From Candidatus Parepulonipiscium sp. PG-Nuni2H_MBin01 (GTDB lineage: Bacteria; Bacillota; Clostridia; Lachnospirales; Cellulosilyticaceae), in NCBI GenBank assembly GCA_001994995.1, contig MDJM01000084.1:171-64170 (forward strand): a stretch of DNA of 64,000 nucleotides, written 5' to 3'. A program made the position numbers and the translations under genes. Under the pieces are notes generated by a model, which was not told the DNA's origin, made no database searches, and was given only the letters and a program-made list of their open reading frames with translations. Of this stretch, positions 38,751-47,886 are shown piece after piece. Every line of letters begins with the position of its first letter. Positions within the stretch are counted from its first letter, which is position 1.

Positions 38751-39503
38751 ATGGAGTTATCCAGATTAGTTAATGAAAACTATAATTTACTCAACGACAA
38801 CGATTTGCATATTGTTAAATATATAGTTAATAATCAAGAAAGAGTAGTTACCTTGACTATTAATGAGTTAGCTCTAAAATGTAATGTATCTAAAAGTACT
38901 ATTTTAAGATTTACAAAAAAAATAGGTTTAAGTGGGTATACTGAGTTAAAAGCTATGCTGAATCCTAAGTTTAGTACTAGTATAGCCTCAAATTTGACTT
39001 ACATAGAACAAATGCAGACATGTTTAGAACAAATAGTTAAGGAAAATCAACAAGATATCATTAGTGATGTATGTAGTATTATTGAACATAGTAATAGGAT
39101 TTATATATATAGCACAGGCTATGCTCAGCAAAATTTTGCTTCTCATTTTAAACAAAGCTTTTCTACTTTAGGCAAAAATATTATTACTATAAAAGCAGAA
39201 ACAGAATGTCGGATGTTAATTAAACATTTAAGAGACAATGATGGCATAATAATGGTTTCGTTATCGGGGTCTACACTAGGATTAGATAAATTAGTACGTG
39301 AGTTAAAGACTACAGGAGTAAAAGTAATTTCTATAACTAGCCTAAGAACTAATGCTTTAGCAAGTATGTCAGATTATAACTTATATGGTTCATGTCTAAA
39401 AACGGAACTGGGTAATGGTGAAGAATATATTAGCACCATATTTTTTTATCTAATTGGGGAATTAATTTTAAAGTGTTACATTGAGCATTACATTAATAAC
39501 TAA
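38751..39503 (+). CDS. MurR/RpiR-family regulator (HTH + SIS)
   Basis: N-terminal HTH (TINELALKCNVSKSTILRFTKKIGLSGY) and a C-terminal SIS domain. Confidence 0.85.
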   Translation: MELSRLVNENYNLLNDNDLHIVKYIVNNQERVVTLTINELALKCNVSKSTILRFTKKIGLSGYTELKAMLNPKFSTSIASNLTYIEQMQTCLEQIVKENQQDIISDVCSIIEHSNRIYIYSTGYAQQNFASHFKQSFSTLGKNIITIKAETECRMLIKHLRDNDGIIMVSLSGSTLGLDKLVRELKTTGVKVISITSLRTNALASMSDYNLYGSCLKTELGNGEEYISTIFFYLIGELILKCYIEHYINN

Positions 39504-39547
39504 CAAAAAAAGCGGCAACCTCTATAAAAGAGATTAACGCTTTTTTT

Positions 39548-41074
39548 TTACTTAATAAACATTTCAATATCTTTTTTCGTAACGCATTTAAATACAAATA
39601 GGAAAACTATATAAAAAGCACCTAAAATTGTAATAGCGATAGCAGTTGCAGTTCTAAAAGAGAACATTTCAACTAAAATGGCATCAAAAATGTAACGCAT
39701 AGCAATACATCCACAAGTTATTGCAATAGCTGGTTTAACCATCCAACCAAGTACATCAACTGGTAACTCTATGGAGCCAAGCGCATGCGCAAGATGGAAA
39801 ATTGTTGCGAAGCCAGATTGCACTAATAATGCTAAAGTAAATCCTACTAACCCTTGTGAAGGCACTAAAGTTAAAATTAGGAATATACATAATACTGAAG
39901 CAATTACGTTCCCTTGGAACGTCATTTTTTGTAGTCCAAGGCCGTTTAGTACACCTGTTAATATGTTTTGTAAATAGAAAAATGGGCATATCATTGCCAA
40001 TAGTCTTAATATGTAACCAACGTCTTCCATATTATATGTTGCAATTGCAATTTCATTTCCTAACGCTAAAAATAACCCTCCTGCTCCAATACCTATTATT
40101 GAAGAGAATTGAATTGACATACCAACTGTTTTTTGTAACATACTTGTGTTTCTCTTTGCTTTTGCCTCCGAAATAGCTGGTATAAGTGCTACTGATAGAG
40201 AACCTGTTAACATGGATGGGAAGAATAATAGTGGCATAGCCATCCCCGAATACATTCCATATACGCTAAGTGCCTGTGCGCTTGTCATTCCGAAATCTTG
40301 TAATTTCATTGGAATTAAAATGTTTTCCACCGAGTGTAGTGCAGATGTTAAAAACCTATTTGCAGTTATGGGTAGTGCCATTATCCAAATTGTTTGAAAC
40401 AGCGTGGAGTAAGAGTTAACTGCGGGTTTTAAAACCAACTTACTTTTACTAACCTTGTACATAATTATTGTAAATATACAAGATATAGCTTCACCACCGC
40501 ACAAACCAACCATTGCGATTGCACATGCATACTCAAGGTTTTTTGGTGCGAATATCCCAGCCAAAATATAAATTACTAGCATCCTAGCACATTGCTCTAA
40601 CACTTGTGCTGTTGCTGGTATTGACATCTCCTGCCTGCCTTGGAAATATCCTCTTATACAACACGCTGTTGCCATAAATGGTAAGCACGTCCCTAATAAT
40701 TTTAAAGACAATGCAGTGTCAGGTGCTTGTATGATTTTTGTTGCAATTGGTTCTGAACAAGTAAATAGTAATATTGATATAGGAATTGATGTTCCCACAG
40801 ATATTACTATAGCACATTTTAGCGTACGTATTGCATCTTGATACATCTTTTGTGCATTAAATTCAGCTACTTTCTTTGATACAGCAAGTGCTACACCAGC
40901 TGAGCAAGCTGCCCAGGCTAGCATGTATATAGGAAATATCAGTTGATATAATCCCATCCCTTCCGCTCCCATAATATTAGATAGAAATACTCTAAATACA
41001 AAACCTAATATTCTGGTAATGAAACTTGCTAATGTAAGTATAAGCGTACCTGTTACTAATGTTTTTTTGCTCAT
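39548..41074 (-). CDS. spoVB: Stage V sporulation protein B-like MOP/MurJ-superfamily flippase
   Basis: 508 aa, about 14 TM. N-terminus reads KKTLVTGTLILTLASFITRILGFVFRVFLSNIMGAEGMGLYQL. Confidence 0.78.
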   Translation of the reverse strand: MSKKTLVTGTLILTLASFITRILGFVFRVFLSNIMGAEGMGLYQLIFPIYMLAWAACSAGVALAVSKKVAEFNAQKMYQDAIRTLKCAIVISVGTSIPISILLFTCSEPIATKIIQAPDTALSLKLLGTCLPFMATACCIRGYFQGRQEMSIPATAQVLEQCARMLVIYILAGIFAPKNLEYACAIAMVGLCGGEAISCIFTIIMYKVSKSKLVLKPAVNSYSTLFQTIWIMALPITANRFLTSALHSVENILIPMKLQDFGMTSAQALSVYGMYSGMAMPLLFFPSMLTGSLSVALIPAISEAKAKRNTSMLQKTVGMSIQFSSIIGIGAGGLFLALGNEIAIATYNMEDVGYILRLLAMICPFFYLQNILTGVLNGLGLQKMTFQGNVIASVLCIFLILTLVPSQGLVGFTLALLVQSGFATIFHLAHALGSIELPVDVLGWMVKPAIAITCGCIAMRYIFDAILVEMFSFRTATAIAITILGAFYIVFLFVFKCVTKKDIEMFIK

Positions 41075-41239
41075 AGAAATCTCCTTTCATTAATCTTTCT
41101 ATAATTAACCTATGAGGCAAGTCCTCAAAATATGAGAGGAACGTAAAAAAAAGTATTAGCTAAATAGTTGTAAGTTAAAGGGAATTTAGGTATAATAAAT
41201 TAGAATTTATAGTTAACTTGTAAAGAAGGTGATAAGCAA

Positions 41240-42034
41240 GTGGAAACACTAAATTTGAAACAAATTTTAATCCCCTATGCCCAAGCAGTAGAAGAGTTAA
41301 AGTTAAAATTTAAGTCTATTAGATATGAATATTTAAGTTTAGATGAGTACTCGCCTATTGAGTTTGTGACTGGGCGAGTTAAAAAAATTTCTAGCATATT
41401 AGATAAAGCTAATAAAAAAAACATACCACTTACCCAAATTGAAGAGAAAATTGAAGATATAGCTGGCATTAGGATTATGTGCCAGTTTGAAGAAGATATA
41501 AATAAAGTTATCGAGTTAGTTAGAAATAGACATAACAAGGACCTTGTTATAATTGAGGAACGTGATTATATAACAAATATGAAAGCGAGTGGCTATAGAA
41601 GTTACCATATTATAGTTAGTTATCCTATACAGACTGCCATGGGCGAAAGAATTGTGTTAGCTGAAATCCAAATTCGTACTTTAGCTATGAATTTTTGGGC
41701 TACTATTGAGCACTCTTTAAGATATAAATATAAGCAAAATATGCCCGAATCAATTCAAGAGAGGCTAAATAATGCAGCTCAAGCTGCCTATAAATTGGAT
41801 TTAGAGATGGCTCAAATTAGAGAAGAAGTGTTAAAGGCACAAAAAGGATTTCAAACTCAGTCTAATACTGTAGGAAATATTTTTGCTAATATTCATTCTC
41901 TGGCTAAGGTGTTAGGAGAGCAGGAAATGAATCCTATTTATGAAAAATTTTGGAAGCTTTGGGAGGAAGATTCGGTGGAGCAGATGAGGGAATTTAATGT
42001 TTCCCTAGAAGAACTTTTGCGAGAAAAGCGTTAA
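41240..42034 (+). CDS. Small alarmone synthetase (RelA/SpoT synthetase domain only)
   Basis: GRVKKISSILDK, DIAGIRIMC, YRSYHIIV and EIQIRTLAMNFWA. GTG start after GAAGGTGA. Confidence 0.85.
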   Translation: METLNLKQILIPYAQAVEELKLKFKSIRYEYLSLDEYSPIEFVTGRVKKISSILDKANKKNIPLTQIEEKIEDIAGIRIMCQFEEDINKVIELVRNRHNKDLVIIEERDYITNMKASGYRSYHIIVSYPIQTAMGERIVLAEIQIRTLAMNFWATIEHSLRYKYKQNMPESIQERLNNAAQAAYKLDLEMAQIREEVLKAQKGFQTQSNTVGNIFANIHSLAKVLGEQEMNPIYEKFWKLWEEDSVEQMREFNVSLEELLREKR

Positions 42035-42075
42035 AAAAAAGCTCTCACCACTAGTGGAGGGAGCTTTGTAGATGT

Positions 42076-42312
42076 TCATAAAGTTTGATTGCATAGCATT
42101 TCAATTAACATATCAAATTGAGGGCGTTTATTAGCAGGTAATGTATCTCTTAGCTGAGCTATAAGGTCGTTTTGTTGCTCTTTAGTCATTGCCACATTGA
42201 ATTTTTCTGCGTCTTGAGATAACGCCATGATAGTAGTTAGTAGCTGTGTTACATCAGAAGAATTTACTTGTGATAATTTATCTGCTACATGTTCCATAAA
42301 TTCAGAATTCAT
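42076..42312 (-). CDS. Small acidic helical protein, unknown function
   Basis: 78 aa. RBS AAAGGGG lies 8 nt before the ATG. No recognisable motif. Confidence 0.45.
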   Translation of the reverse strand: MNSEFMEHVADKLSQVNSSDVTQLLTTIMALSQDAEKFNVAMTKEQQNDLIAQLRDTLPANKRPQFDMLIEMLCNQTL

Positions 42313-42444
42313 AATGCTACCCCTTTATATGTTTATTCTTAATAAGTTTATGTATAAGGCTTGTATCATTAGAACAATATAGGTTATTTTTGTAAACTCA
42401 GTTGAATAGACTATATAGATGATAGTAAAAAGGGGTTGAATAAA

Positions 42445-42789
42445 GTGAATATTGACATGGACCGCGACATTGAAGAAATTTTAAAGTTAATTACGGACTA
42501 TATCAGGCTTACTTATATCTCCGAAATTGAAGAGGTTATTGGGAAATCTAATCCTGATAATTTAGTTGCATTACCTAAAGAAGCGCAGTTGATGTTAGCA
42601 GTCATACCTTTTATGTCTGATGATAGCCGCGACCTATTAGAAGATATTGCTGATGTGTTTAGATATGAGCAGGTTATACGACAAATCTTACCTACTATAT
42701 TACCTAATGCGCAAAACCTTGAAAAATTAAATTTACAAAATATTATATTGAGATTACTTATTTATACAATAATTAAAGAGATAGACTAA
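42445..42789 (+). CDS. Hypothetical protein
   Basis: I prefer the GTG at 42445 (9 nt after AAAGGGG) over the TTG at 42436. Followed by the hairpin AAAAGCTTAATGTGCAGCTGCATATTAAGCTTTT. Confidence 0.45.
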   Translation: MNIDMDRDIEEILKLITDYIRLTYISEIEEVIGKSNPDNLVALPKEAQLMLAVIPFMSDDSRDLLEDIADVFRYEQVIRQILPTILPNAQNLEKLNLQNIILRLLIYTIIKEID

Positions 42790-42837
42790 GCAAAAAGCTT
42801 AATGTGCAGCTGCATATTAAGCTTTTTGTTATGTCAA

Positions 42838-43047
42838 TTAGATTAAGTCGTATTGATATAAAAAGTAAATACCTAATAATGCTACAATCCAAGTCCCTTC
42901 CCCTAGTTTAACATTAAAGCCAAAAACTTTATCTGTCATATCAGCGTAACTAAAGTTAGGGTGTGTAAGTAAAAGATAAGCTATAATGATAGCTATCATA
43001 TATTGTGCGTCATTTTGTTTGCATTCACACATTATTTCCTCATTCAT
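42838..43047 (-). CDS. 2-TM mini-protein (third of three coupled genes)
   Basis: MNEEIMCECK... The start ATG overlaps the upstream stop (GTGATGAATGA) and GGAGGT lies upstream. Confidence 0.5.
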   Translation of the reverse strand: MNEEIMCECKQNDAQYMIAIIIAYLLLTHPNFSYADMTDKVFGFNVKLGEGTWIVALLGIYFLYQYDLI

Positions 43048-43231
43048 CACATACCTCCGCTCTGCCCATATATAATAATATACCTGCAACAATTAAAAGT
43101 TTAACGGACATTGGAATTTGTTTTAATTGAGTTAAGCCAAAAGCTAATAATACAAGCCATAAATTTAGTGTATTACTATCATCTTCATCAGGGTAATAGT
43201 TTGCATAAAATTCGGGGGTTTCAAAGTGCAT
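43040..43231 (-). CDS. 2-TM mini-protein (second of three)
   Basis: 63 aa. RBS GAAGGTGAG lies 6 nt upstream. Two hydrophobic helices. Confidence 0.5.
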   Translation of the reverse strand: MHFETPEFYANYYPDEDDSNTLNLWLVLLAFGLTQLKQIPMSVKLLIVAGILLYMGRAEVCDE

Positions 43232-43243
43232 AGTCTCACCTTC

Positions 43244-43435
43244 TTAGCTTAATTCGAATCCTAATTCGTTATTAAAATAAAGGAAACTTACTACAACTGC
43301 CATTAATAAGAAAGCATCTGTACTTTCAAATCCATTTTCTACAAAGTGAATAATAGATTCAAATCTTTCTGGGTATTGTTTGTATAGTACATATACGATT
43401 GCAATGCTGAGTAATATGCCGTTAGTTGTTGACAT
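43244..43435 (-). CDS. 2-TM mini-protein (first of three)
   Basis: 63 aa. RBS AAAGGATGA. Two hydrophobic helices. Confidence 0.5.
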   Translation of the reverse strand: MSTTNGILLSIAIVYVLYKQYPERFESIIHFVENGFESTDAFLLMAVVVSFLYFNNELGFELS

Positions 43436-43653
43436 GGTTAATCATCCTTTCAAATTAAATAGATTTCTTTACCTTAACATTCTATGATAAATCGATAAAT
43501 TTGTTACATAGATGGAAAAAATAGGAAGTGAAGTTTCTTTAGTAATAATCCCATTTTATGAGAATAAAATAAAATTGTTACACTGCTGATAAAAAATGTT
43601 TGCATAACTTGTCCCATGTGTTAATATAATTAAGCTAAAAGGAGATTTATGCT

Positions 43654-44286
43654 ATGAAAAAAATTTATGAAAAAGTTCCTGTACGTAAAGAGAAAGTAGA
43701 TAATTCAATGATACTTGGGTTCAGCATTGTTTTTCTATTAATGTTAATGGTCATGGGCATTACAATTATTAATGATAATAGTAATGAAGCTTCTATAGTA
43801 AATTCCCCGATAGTATTAGTAGATGCTGCTAATGCCGCTTCCGAGGAAACTATGCCATTTTTTGATTCTAGTAGCAATCTTACTGCTTATGGCCAAACTG
43901 CATTTATAGCGTTTTTAACGGATTTTTATAACACATATGGATTAGCTATTAATCAACAAAACGCTAGCTTTCTTACACCATTTGTTTCTGTACATAATTT
44001 AGATAAGTTTACAATGCAGTTTGATGAGTGGTTTGTATTATATAAGGAAATAGAAAGTGCAACTGTAAGTACGCAAATAGGAAGTGTGACTTTTAAAGAT
44101 AACAACATAGTAGAGGTGGAAATTTTAGAAACTGTACATCTTATTCATCAGAAGCAAGAATATCGTGTAAATTTAATGTGGACAACGTTTGTTATGGAAG
44201 AAGATTCACAGCTTAAAATTGCTGATAGAGTATTAACAGACAGCTTAGTTTCGTATGAAGATGATGGAAAATGGATAAAATATTAG
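43654..44286 (+). CDS. N-terminally membrane-anchored protein, unknown function
   Basis: One TM (ILGFSIVFLLMLMVMGITII) followed by a ~160 aa domain. RBS AAAAGGAG. Confidence 0.5.
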   Translation: MKKIYEKVPVRKEKVDNSMILGFSIVFLLMLMVMGITIINDNSNEASIVNSPIVLVDAANAASEETMPFFDSSSNLTAYGQTAFIAFLTDFYNTYGLAINQQNASFLTPFVSVHNLDKFTMQFDEWFVLYKEIESATVSTQIGSVTFKDNNIVEVEILETVHLIHQKQEYRVNLMWTTFVMEEDSQLKIADRVLTDSLVSYEDDGKWIKY

Positions 44287-44326
44287 AGCTTGAATTTGTT
44301 TTAGTGACAGAAGGGGGGACTATAAT

Positions 44327-44668
44327 TTGTCAGCAATCATATTATTTTTAATGATTTTTGTTGTTGTGTTACCGTTTATGGCAAAAAGTCGTAAAACCCG
44401 AATTGTTATAAAAAGAAAACTTTTAAATAAACAGAACCCAGGAAAGAGGATACGTATGCAAGAATTAGCCAAAAATTTTATAGATCATAATTGTGTTATT
44501 CAAACTGTAAACTCTGGAATCACACAAGCGTCTCAAGGCATTATAATTGATGTTACTAGAGAAGGAATTATGTTAGAGGATAAAACAGGCGCTATTGAAG
44601 CAATTAGCTTTGATTGGGTTGTTAGTATTAAAGAAAAAGGCCCAAAACCAAAACGCCCGGCTGAATAA
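44327..44668 (+). CDS. Small membrane-anchored protein, unknown function
   Basis: TTG start after GAAGGGGGG. N-terminal TM followed by a basic stretch. Confidence 0.45.
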   Translation: MSAIILFLMIFVVVLPFMAKSRKTRIVIKRKLLNKQNPGKRIRMQELAKNFIDHNCVIQTVNSGITQASQGIIIDVTREGIMLEDKTGAIEAISFDWVVSIKEKGPKPKRPAE

Positions 44669-44678
44669 TAGATGGAAA

Positions 44679-44707
44679 AAGACTGTAATATTACAGTCTT
44701 TTTTTTA
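44679..44707. terminator. Rho-independent terminator (bidirectional)
   Basis: AAGACTGTAAT-ATTACAGTCTT followed by TTTTTTTT. Confidence 0.85.
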
Positions 44708-44755
44708 TGTTTAGCCCTTCAATCACCAAACTACTGAAGTGAAGGGGGTGTTAAT

Positions 44756-45385
44756 CTATTTTTCCTCGCTCATCCAAGCGTCAACTTTTTCTTTAATAGC
44801 TTTTTTCAGAACTTTAGCTTCATCCTTAGTTAATTTATCCGCTTTTACGCCTTCTTTAACAGATGCACAGTACTCTTTATAAAGCTGTTTTTTAAATTTC
44901 TTAACAGGAATTTCCGCTTCTTCTAGTACCTGAATTAACTTTTTACCTTCTTTAACTTGCTTTTCTAGCTCTTCAGGTTTAACCCCTAATTTTTCTAACG
45001 CTTTTTGAATAATTTGGAAATTATCAATCGTGAAAGCAGCCTCTGCTCCCTCTTCGGCCTTAGCTGGCTTTTCTTTTTTATCATCTTTAGCTGCTTTATC
45101 TACTTTTTCCGTTTTCTCTACCTTATCAGTTTTTTCAGTTTTCTCAGTCTTGTCTGGTTTCTCGGTTTTCTCAGTCTTTTCCGCTGACTCCTCTTTTTTC
45201 TCTGCTGTTTCCGCATCTGCGGCTGGTTCTGTTTTAACCATTGATGAACTAGCAGTTTGCAAAACTATAGAGTCTCCTCTACTAGTGTTGGCACGTGGGG
45301 CGCTAGTGCATGCTAATACCGGAGTTGAACCAATAACAAGTGATAATAATATCGCAGATGATTTTAATTTTGTATTTTTCATCAT
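44756..45385 (-). CDS. Lipoprotein with a K/E/T-rich repeat region
   Basis: The signal peptide ends in lipobox VLAC. KTEKTEKPDKTEKTEKTDKVEKTEKVDK repeats are encoded at about 45075-45185. Confidence 0.6.
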   Translation of the reverse strand: MMKNTKLKSSAILLSLVIGSTPVLACTSAPRANTSRGDSIVLQTASSSMVKTEPAADAETAEKKEESAEKTEKTEKPDKTEKTEKTDKVEKTEKVDKAAKDDKKEKPAKAEEGAEAAFTIDNFQIIQKALEKLGVKPEELEKQVKEGKKLIQVLEEAEIPVKKFKKQLYKEYCASVKEGVKADKLTKDEAKVLKKAIKEKVDAWMSEEK

Positions 45386-45533
45386 TATTCCTCCTATTTC
45401 TTATATATGATTAGGATATGATAAATTCGTAATTCTATTCTACCAAATTAATCCAATTTTAGATTTTTATATGTATAAAATTAATTTTTTTGTCAATATT
45501 AATAGTAGAACAATTGTAAGGAGGCGGTTTTTT

Positions 45534-45731
45534 ATGAATAATTATGTCAGATGCAATAATTGTGGTTATGATATGTACGGTCATGAGTTTATTTCTAATA
45601 TGGTTGATACTAGTTTGTTTAATAGTACAGCTTTGCATAGTGATGAATCCATTCTAGATCTTTGTCAAAAGTCTACCTCTAATATGGTTTGTCCTTTTTG
45701 TAATGAAAAAGGAAGTTGGTCTTTAACTTAA
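45534..45731 (+). CDS. Small zinc-ribbon protein
   Basis: MNNYVRCNNCGYDM...CPFCNEKG (CxxC...CxxC). The ATG at 45534 follows AAGGAGG. Confidence 0.5.
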   Translation: MNNYVRCNNCGYDMYGHEFISNMVDTSLFNSTALHSDESILDLCQKSTSNMVCPFCNEKGSWSLT

Positions 45732-45834
45732 AGACTATCTTCCTTAATTTTGACGTGCTAAAAAAACTTTCTTTACTATTTTTGTTTTAGCTGAGTTTCT
45801 TCATTAAATTGTTGGAGATGCTAACTTAATATGA

Positions 45835-45987
45835 AAACCCTCTTGTCAGATTTGCTGATATCCCCATAAAGGGGACACTTTTGGCACAGGGGCAAATCCC
45901 CAAACCTCGGAGAGGCTCGACCAGCTTAGTATTTATTACAACAAAAGGTTGGTCGAAAAGTTTTCATTTGTTAAGTTAACAAAACCT
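45835..45987 (+). repeat. Intergenic repeat family, copy B (full length; not followed by a gene)
   Basis: Hairpins TCCCCATAAAGGGGA and GGGGCAAATCCCC. The core GCTTAGTATTTAT...AAAAGGTTGGTCGAAAAGTTTTCATTTGTTAAGTTAACAAAACC is followed by GGAGAAACTTATGTAG (RBS + ATG + stop). Confidence 0.75.
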
Positions 45988-46046
45988 AATATATTTAGTG
46001 GAGAAACTTATGTAGCTTAAAAAATTTTTGTATACTGCAAAACAGT

Positions 46047-47612
46047 TTAATCAAGTTTTACATTTAATACAAGTTGATTAGTTTTTTGGACTTCATTATA
46101 AGTAAGCCCTTGGTTTAGCAATGACATAATTGCGTTTAAAACGTCAGTGCTATTTAATTTTGAGCTTAATATTAAACTAAAATCTTTAGTATTGCCGACT
46201 GTTGTAAGTATTTCAGGTAATTCATCAATGGAATCTAAGTTATATAAATGTTCAATTCCCATATCTAAATTAACCAGATTATATAAATCCGAAGTTGATA
46301 CTGCATAATCTGAAGTAGTCCATTTATGAGTTTTCTTCATATATGTATCATTTTCATTAAAGTAATCTAAAAAGGTTCCTATTTGGTCCTTATCTTGGTC
46401 TGCCCAAGTAACATCCACATGGTATGTCTGCCCATTAATTTGCACTTGGTTCCAAGCATGTGGTTCCCCTGCATCTCCTACTACACAAATAGTTGGAATG
46501 CCAACGCTATTTAAAATATACATAAACATATAGGCATACCCATCACATACAGCAAGTTTATCAATAGCAGCTCCAAATAATGTATGTTGCATATCAGCAG
46601 TTAAATCATATGTTACGTTATCAATAATATATGTGAAGGCTGCAAATTCGCGTTCATAACTATCCATCGATGTATTCATTATGTTATTTAGCAGTTGCTC
46701 GTGAAAACTGGTCCATTGGGTATTGTATTTCCTTATTAATGCTAAATCATCATACGGAAATGTAATAGTAATTTCTGTATTATAAGACGAAGCTACGGAC
46801 ACTTCCCAACTAGTCGTTTGATATATAGTTGGATATTCATAGAAAATATCTTGGATTTGGTTACTTATTCTTTGTGTTAGCGCATATACATCGTCGTAGC
46901 TGCTATTTATTGTAATATTTATTTCTCTGGCATAATCAAATAGCTCTTGTTTTACTATTTCTGGTATTTCACTTTCATCATTTATTACCCAACTATCGGG
47001 TAAGTTACTAGGTATTTCAAAAGAAACTACATTAGTGGAACCTTGGTCATTAGTAGTTGCTAAGAAATATTTTCCGGGCAATGTGACTAATGTATCTTTT
47101 GTAATTAATTCACTTCTTGCCCCATCTCTAGAAAGGTATTGCACAGTTTCATTGGCTAAAATTTCTACACCATTGTTAAACACTCCTTTATTCGTATAAA
47201 ATGTGGAGCTATCTTCAACAACTAATACTTGCGTTCCATTACTATTTTCAGCTATAGTCTCATCAATATAACTAATCTCATTTAAAACACTACTAATGCC
47301 ACTAATATCATTAATATCTTGAATATTAGTATCTTGAATACTAGTATCTTGAACACTAGTATCTTGAATACTAATATCTTGAGTGCTACCACCAGTTACT
47401 ATGTCTTCGAGCAAAAGAATATTAGCAGTAGACTCCGTATCTAAACCTGATGTAGCGCCACTTGTAGTACCATTTACTAAATCTTCAAGTAAAACTACAT
47501 TACTTAATGCTTTAAAACTTTCACCTTCAATTATACCTACATTGACATGGCCTGGTGATACTGCACAATATGCAATTAAAAATGCTGATAAAAATTTTGG
47601 AAATCGTTTCAT
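46047..47612 (-). CDS. Secreted transglutaminase-like (Cys-His-Asp) domain protein
   Basis: Signal peptide. LAVCDGYAYMFMYILNSVGIPT...HAWNQVQINGQTYHVDVTWAD core. DTSVQDTSIQDTNIQD repeats. Confidence 0.72.
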   Translation of the reverse strand: MKRFPKFLSAFLIAYCAVSPGHVNVGIIEGESFKALSNVVLLEDLVNGTTSGATSGLDTESTANILLLEDIVTGGSTQDISIQDTSVQDTSIQDTNIQDINDISGISSVLNEISYIDETIAENSNGTQVLVVEDSSTFYTNKGVFNNGVEILANETVQYLSRDGARSELITKDTLVTLPGKYFLATTNDQGSTNVVSFEIPSNLPDSWVINDESEIPEIVKQELFDYAREINITINSSYDDVYALTQRISNQIQDIFYEYPTIYQTTSWEVSVASSYNTEITITFPYDDLALIRKYNTQWTSFHEQLLNNIMNTSMDSYEREFAAFTYIIDNVTYDLTADMQHTLFGAAIDKLAVCDGYAYMFMYILNSVGIPTICVVGDAGEPHAWNQVQINGQTYHVDVTWADQDKDQIGTFLDYFNENDTYMKKTHKWTTSDYAVSTSDLYNLVNLDMGIEHLYNLDSIDELPEILTTVGNTKDFSLILSSKLNSTDVLNAIMSLLNQGLTYNEVQKTNQLVLNVKLD

Positions 47613-47677
47613 TATCCACCTCGTTATTTTTTCTATAGTATATTCGTAAATCTCTTCCTAATGTCGATAAGTTAAAA

Positions 47678-47737
47678 AATTTCTTCATTATTAAGAACAA
47701 AAATGATAAAACAAAATTCCTTCATTAATAAGAACAA
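47678..47737. repeat. Two 23-bp direct repeats, ATTYCTTCATTAWTAAGAACAAA (37-bp period)
   Basis: Repeats at 47678-47700 and 47715-47737. An inverted core AATGAAGGAAT lies at 47801-47811 and a further TTTCTTCATTA at 45797-45807. Confidence 0.6.
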
Positions 47738-47886
47738 ATAAGAACTAGCTAAGACATTCAAAAAGAAATCTTAAAAAATTTTTATCTCAATGTTTCGTTT
47801 CAATGAAGGAATTCGTTTTTTTCAATGTATTTCAATGTTTTATTTCGTACCTCAAAAGGCATTCGTTTTTTATTAAGCGATTTTGT

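Noticed and set aside
41075-41239. Riboswitch or leader upstream of the alarmone synthetase gene and in other 150-300 nt gaps (43436-43653, 53782-53896)
   Set aside because: I could find no conserved aptamer motifs or terminator/antiterminator alternatives by eye. These are ordinary AT-rich promoter regions.
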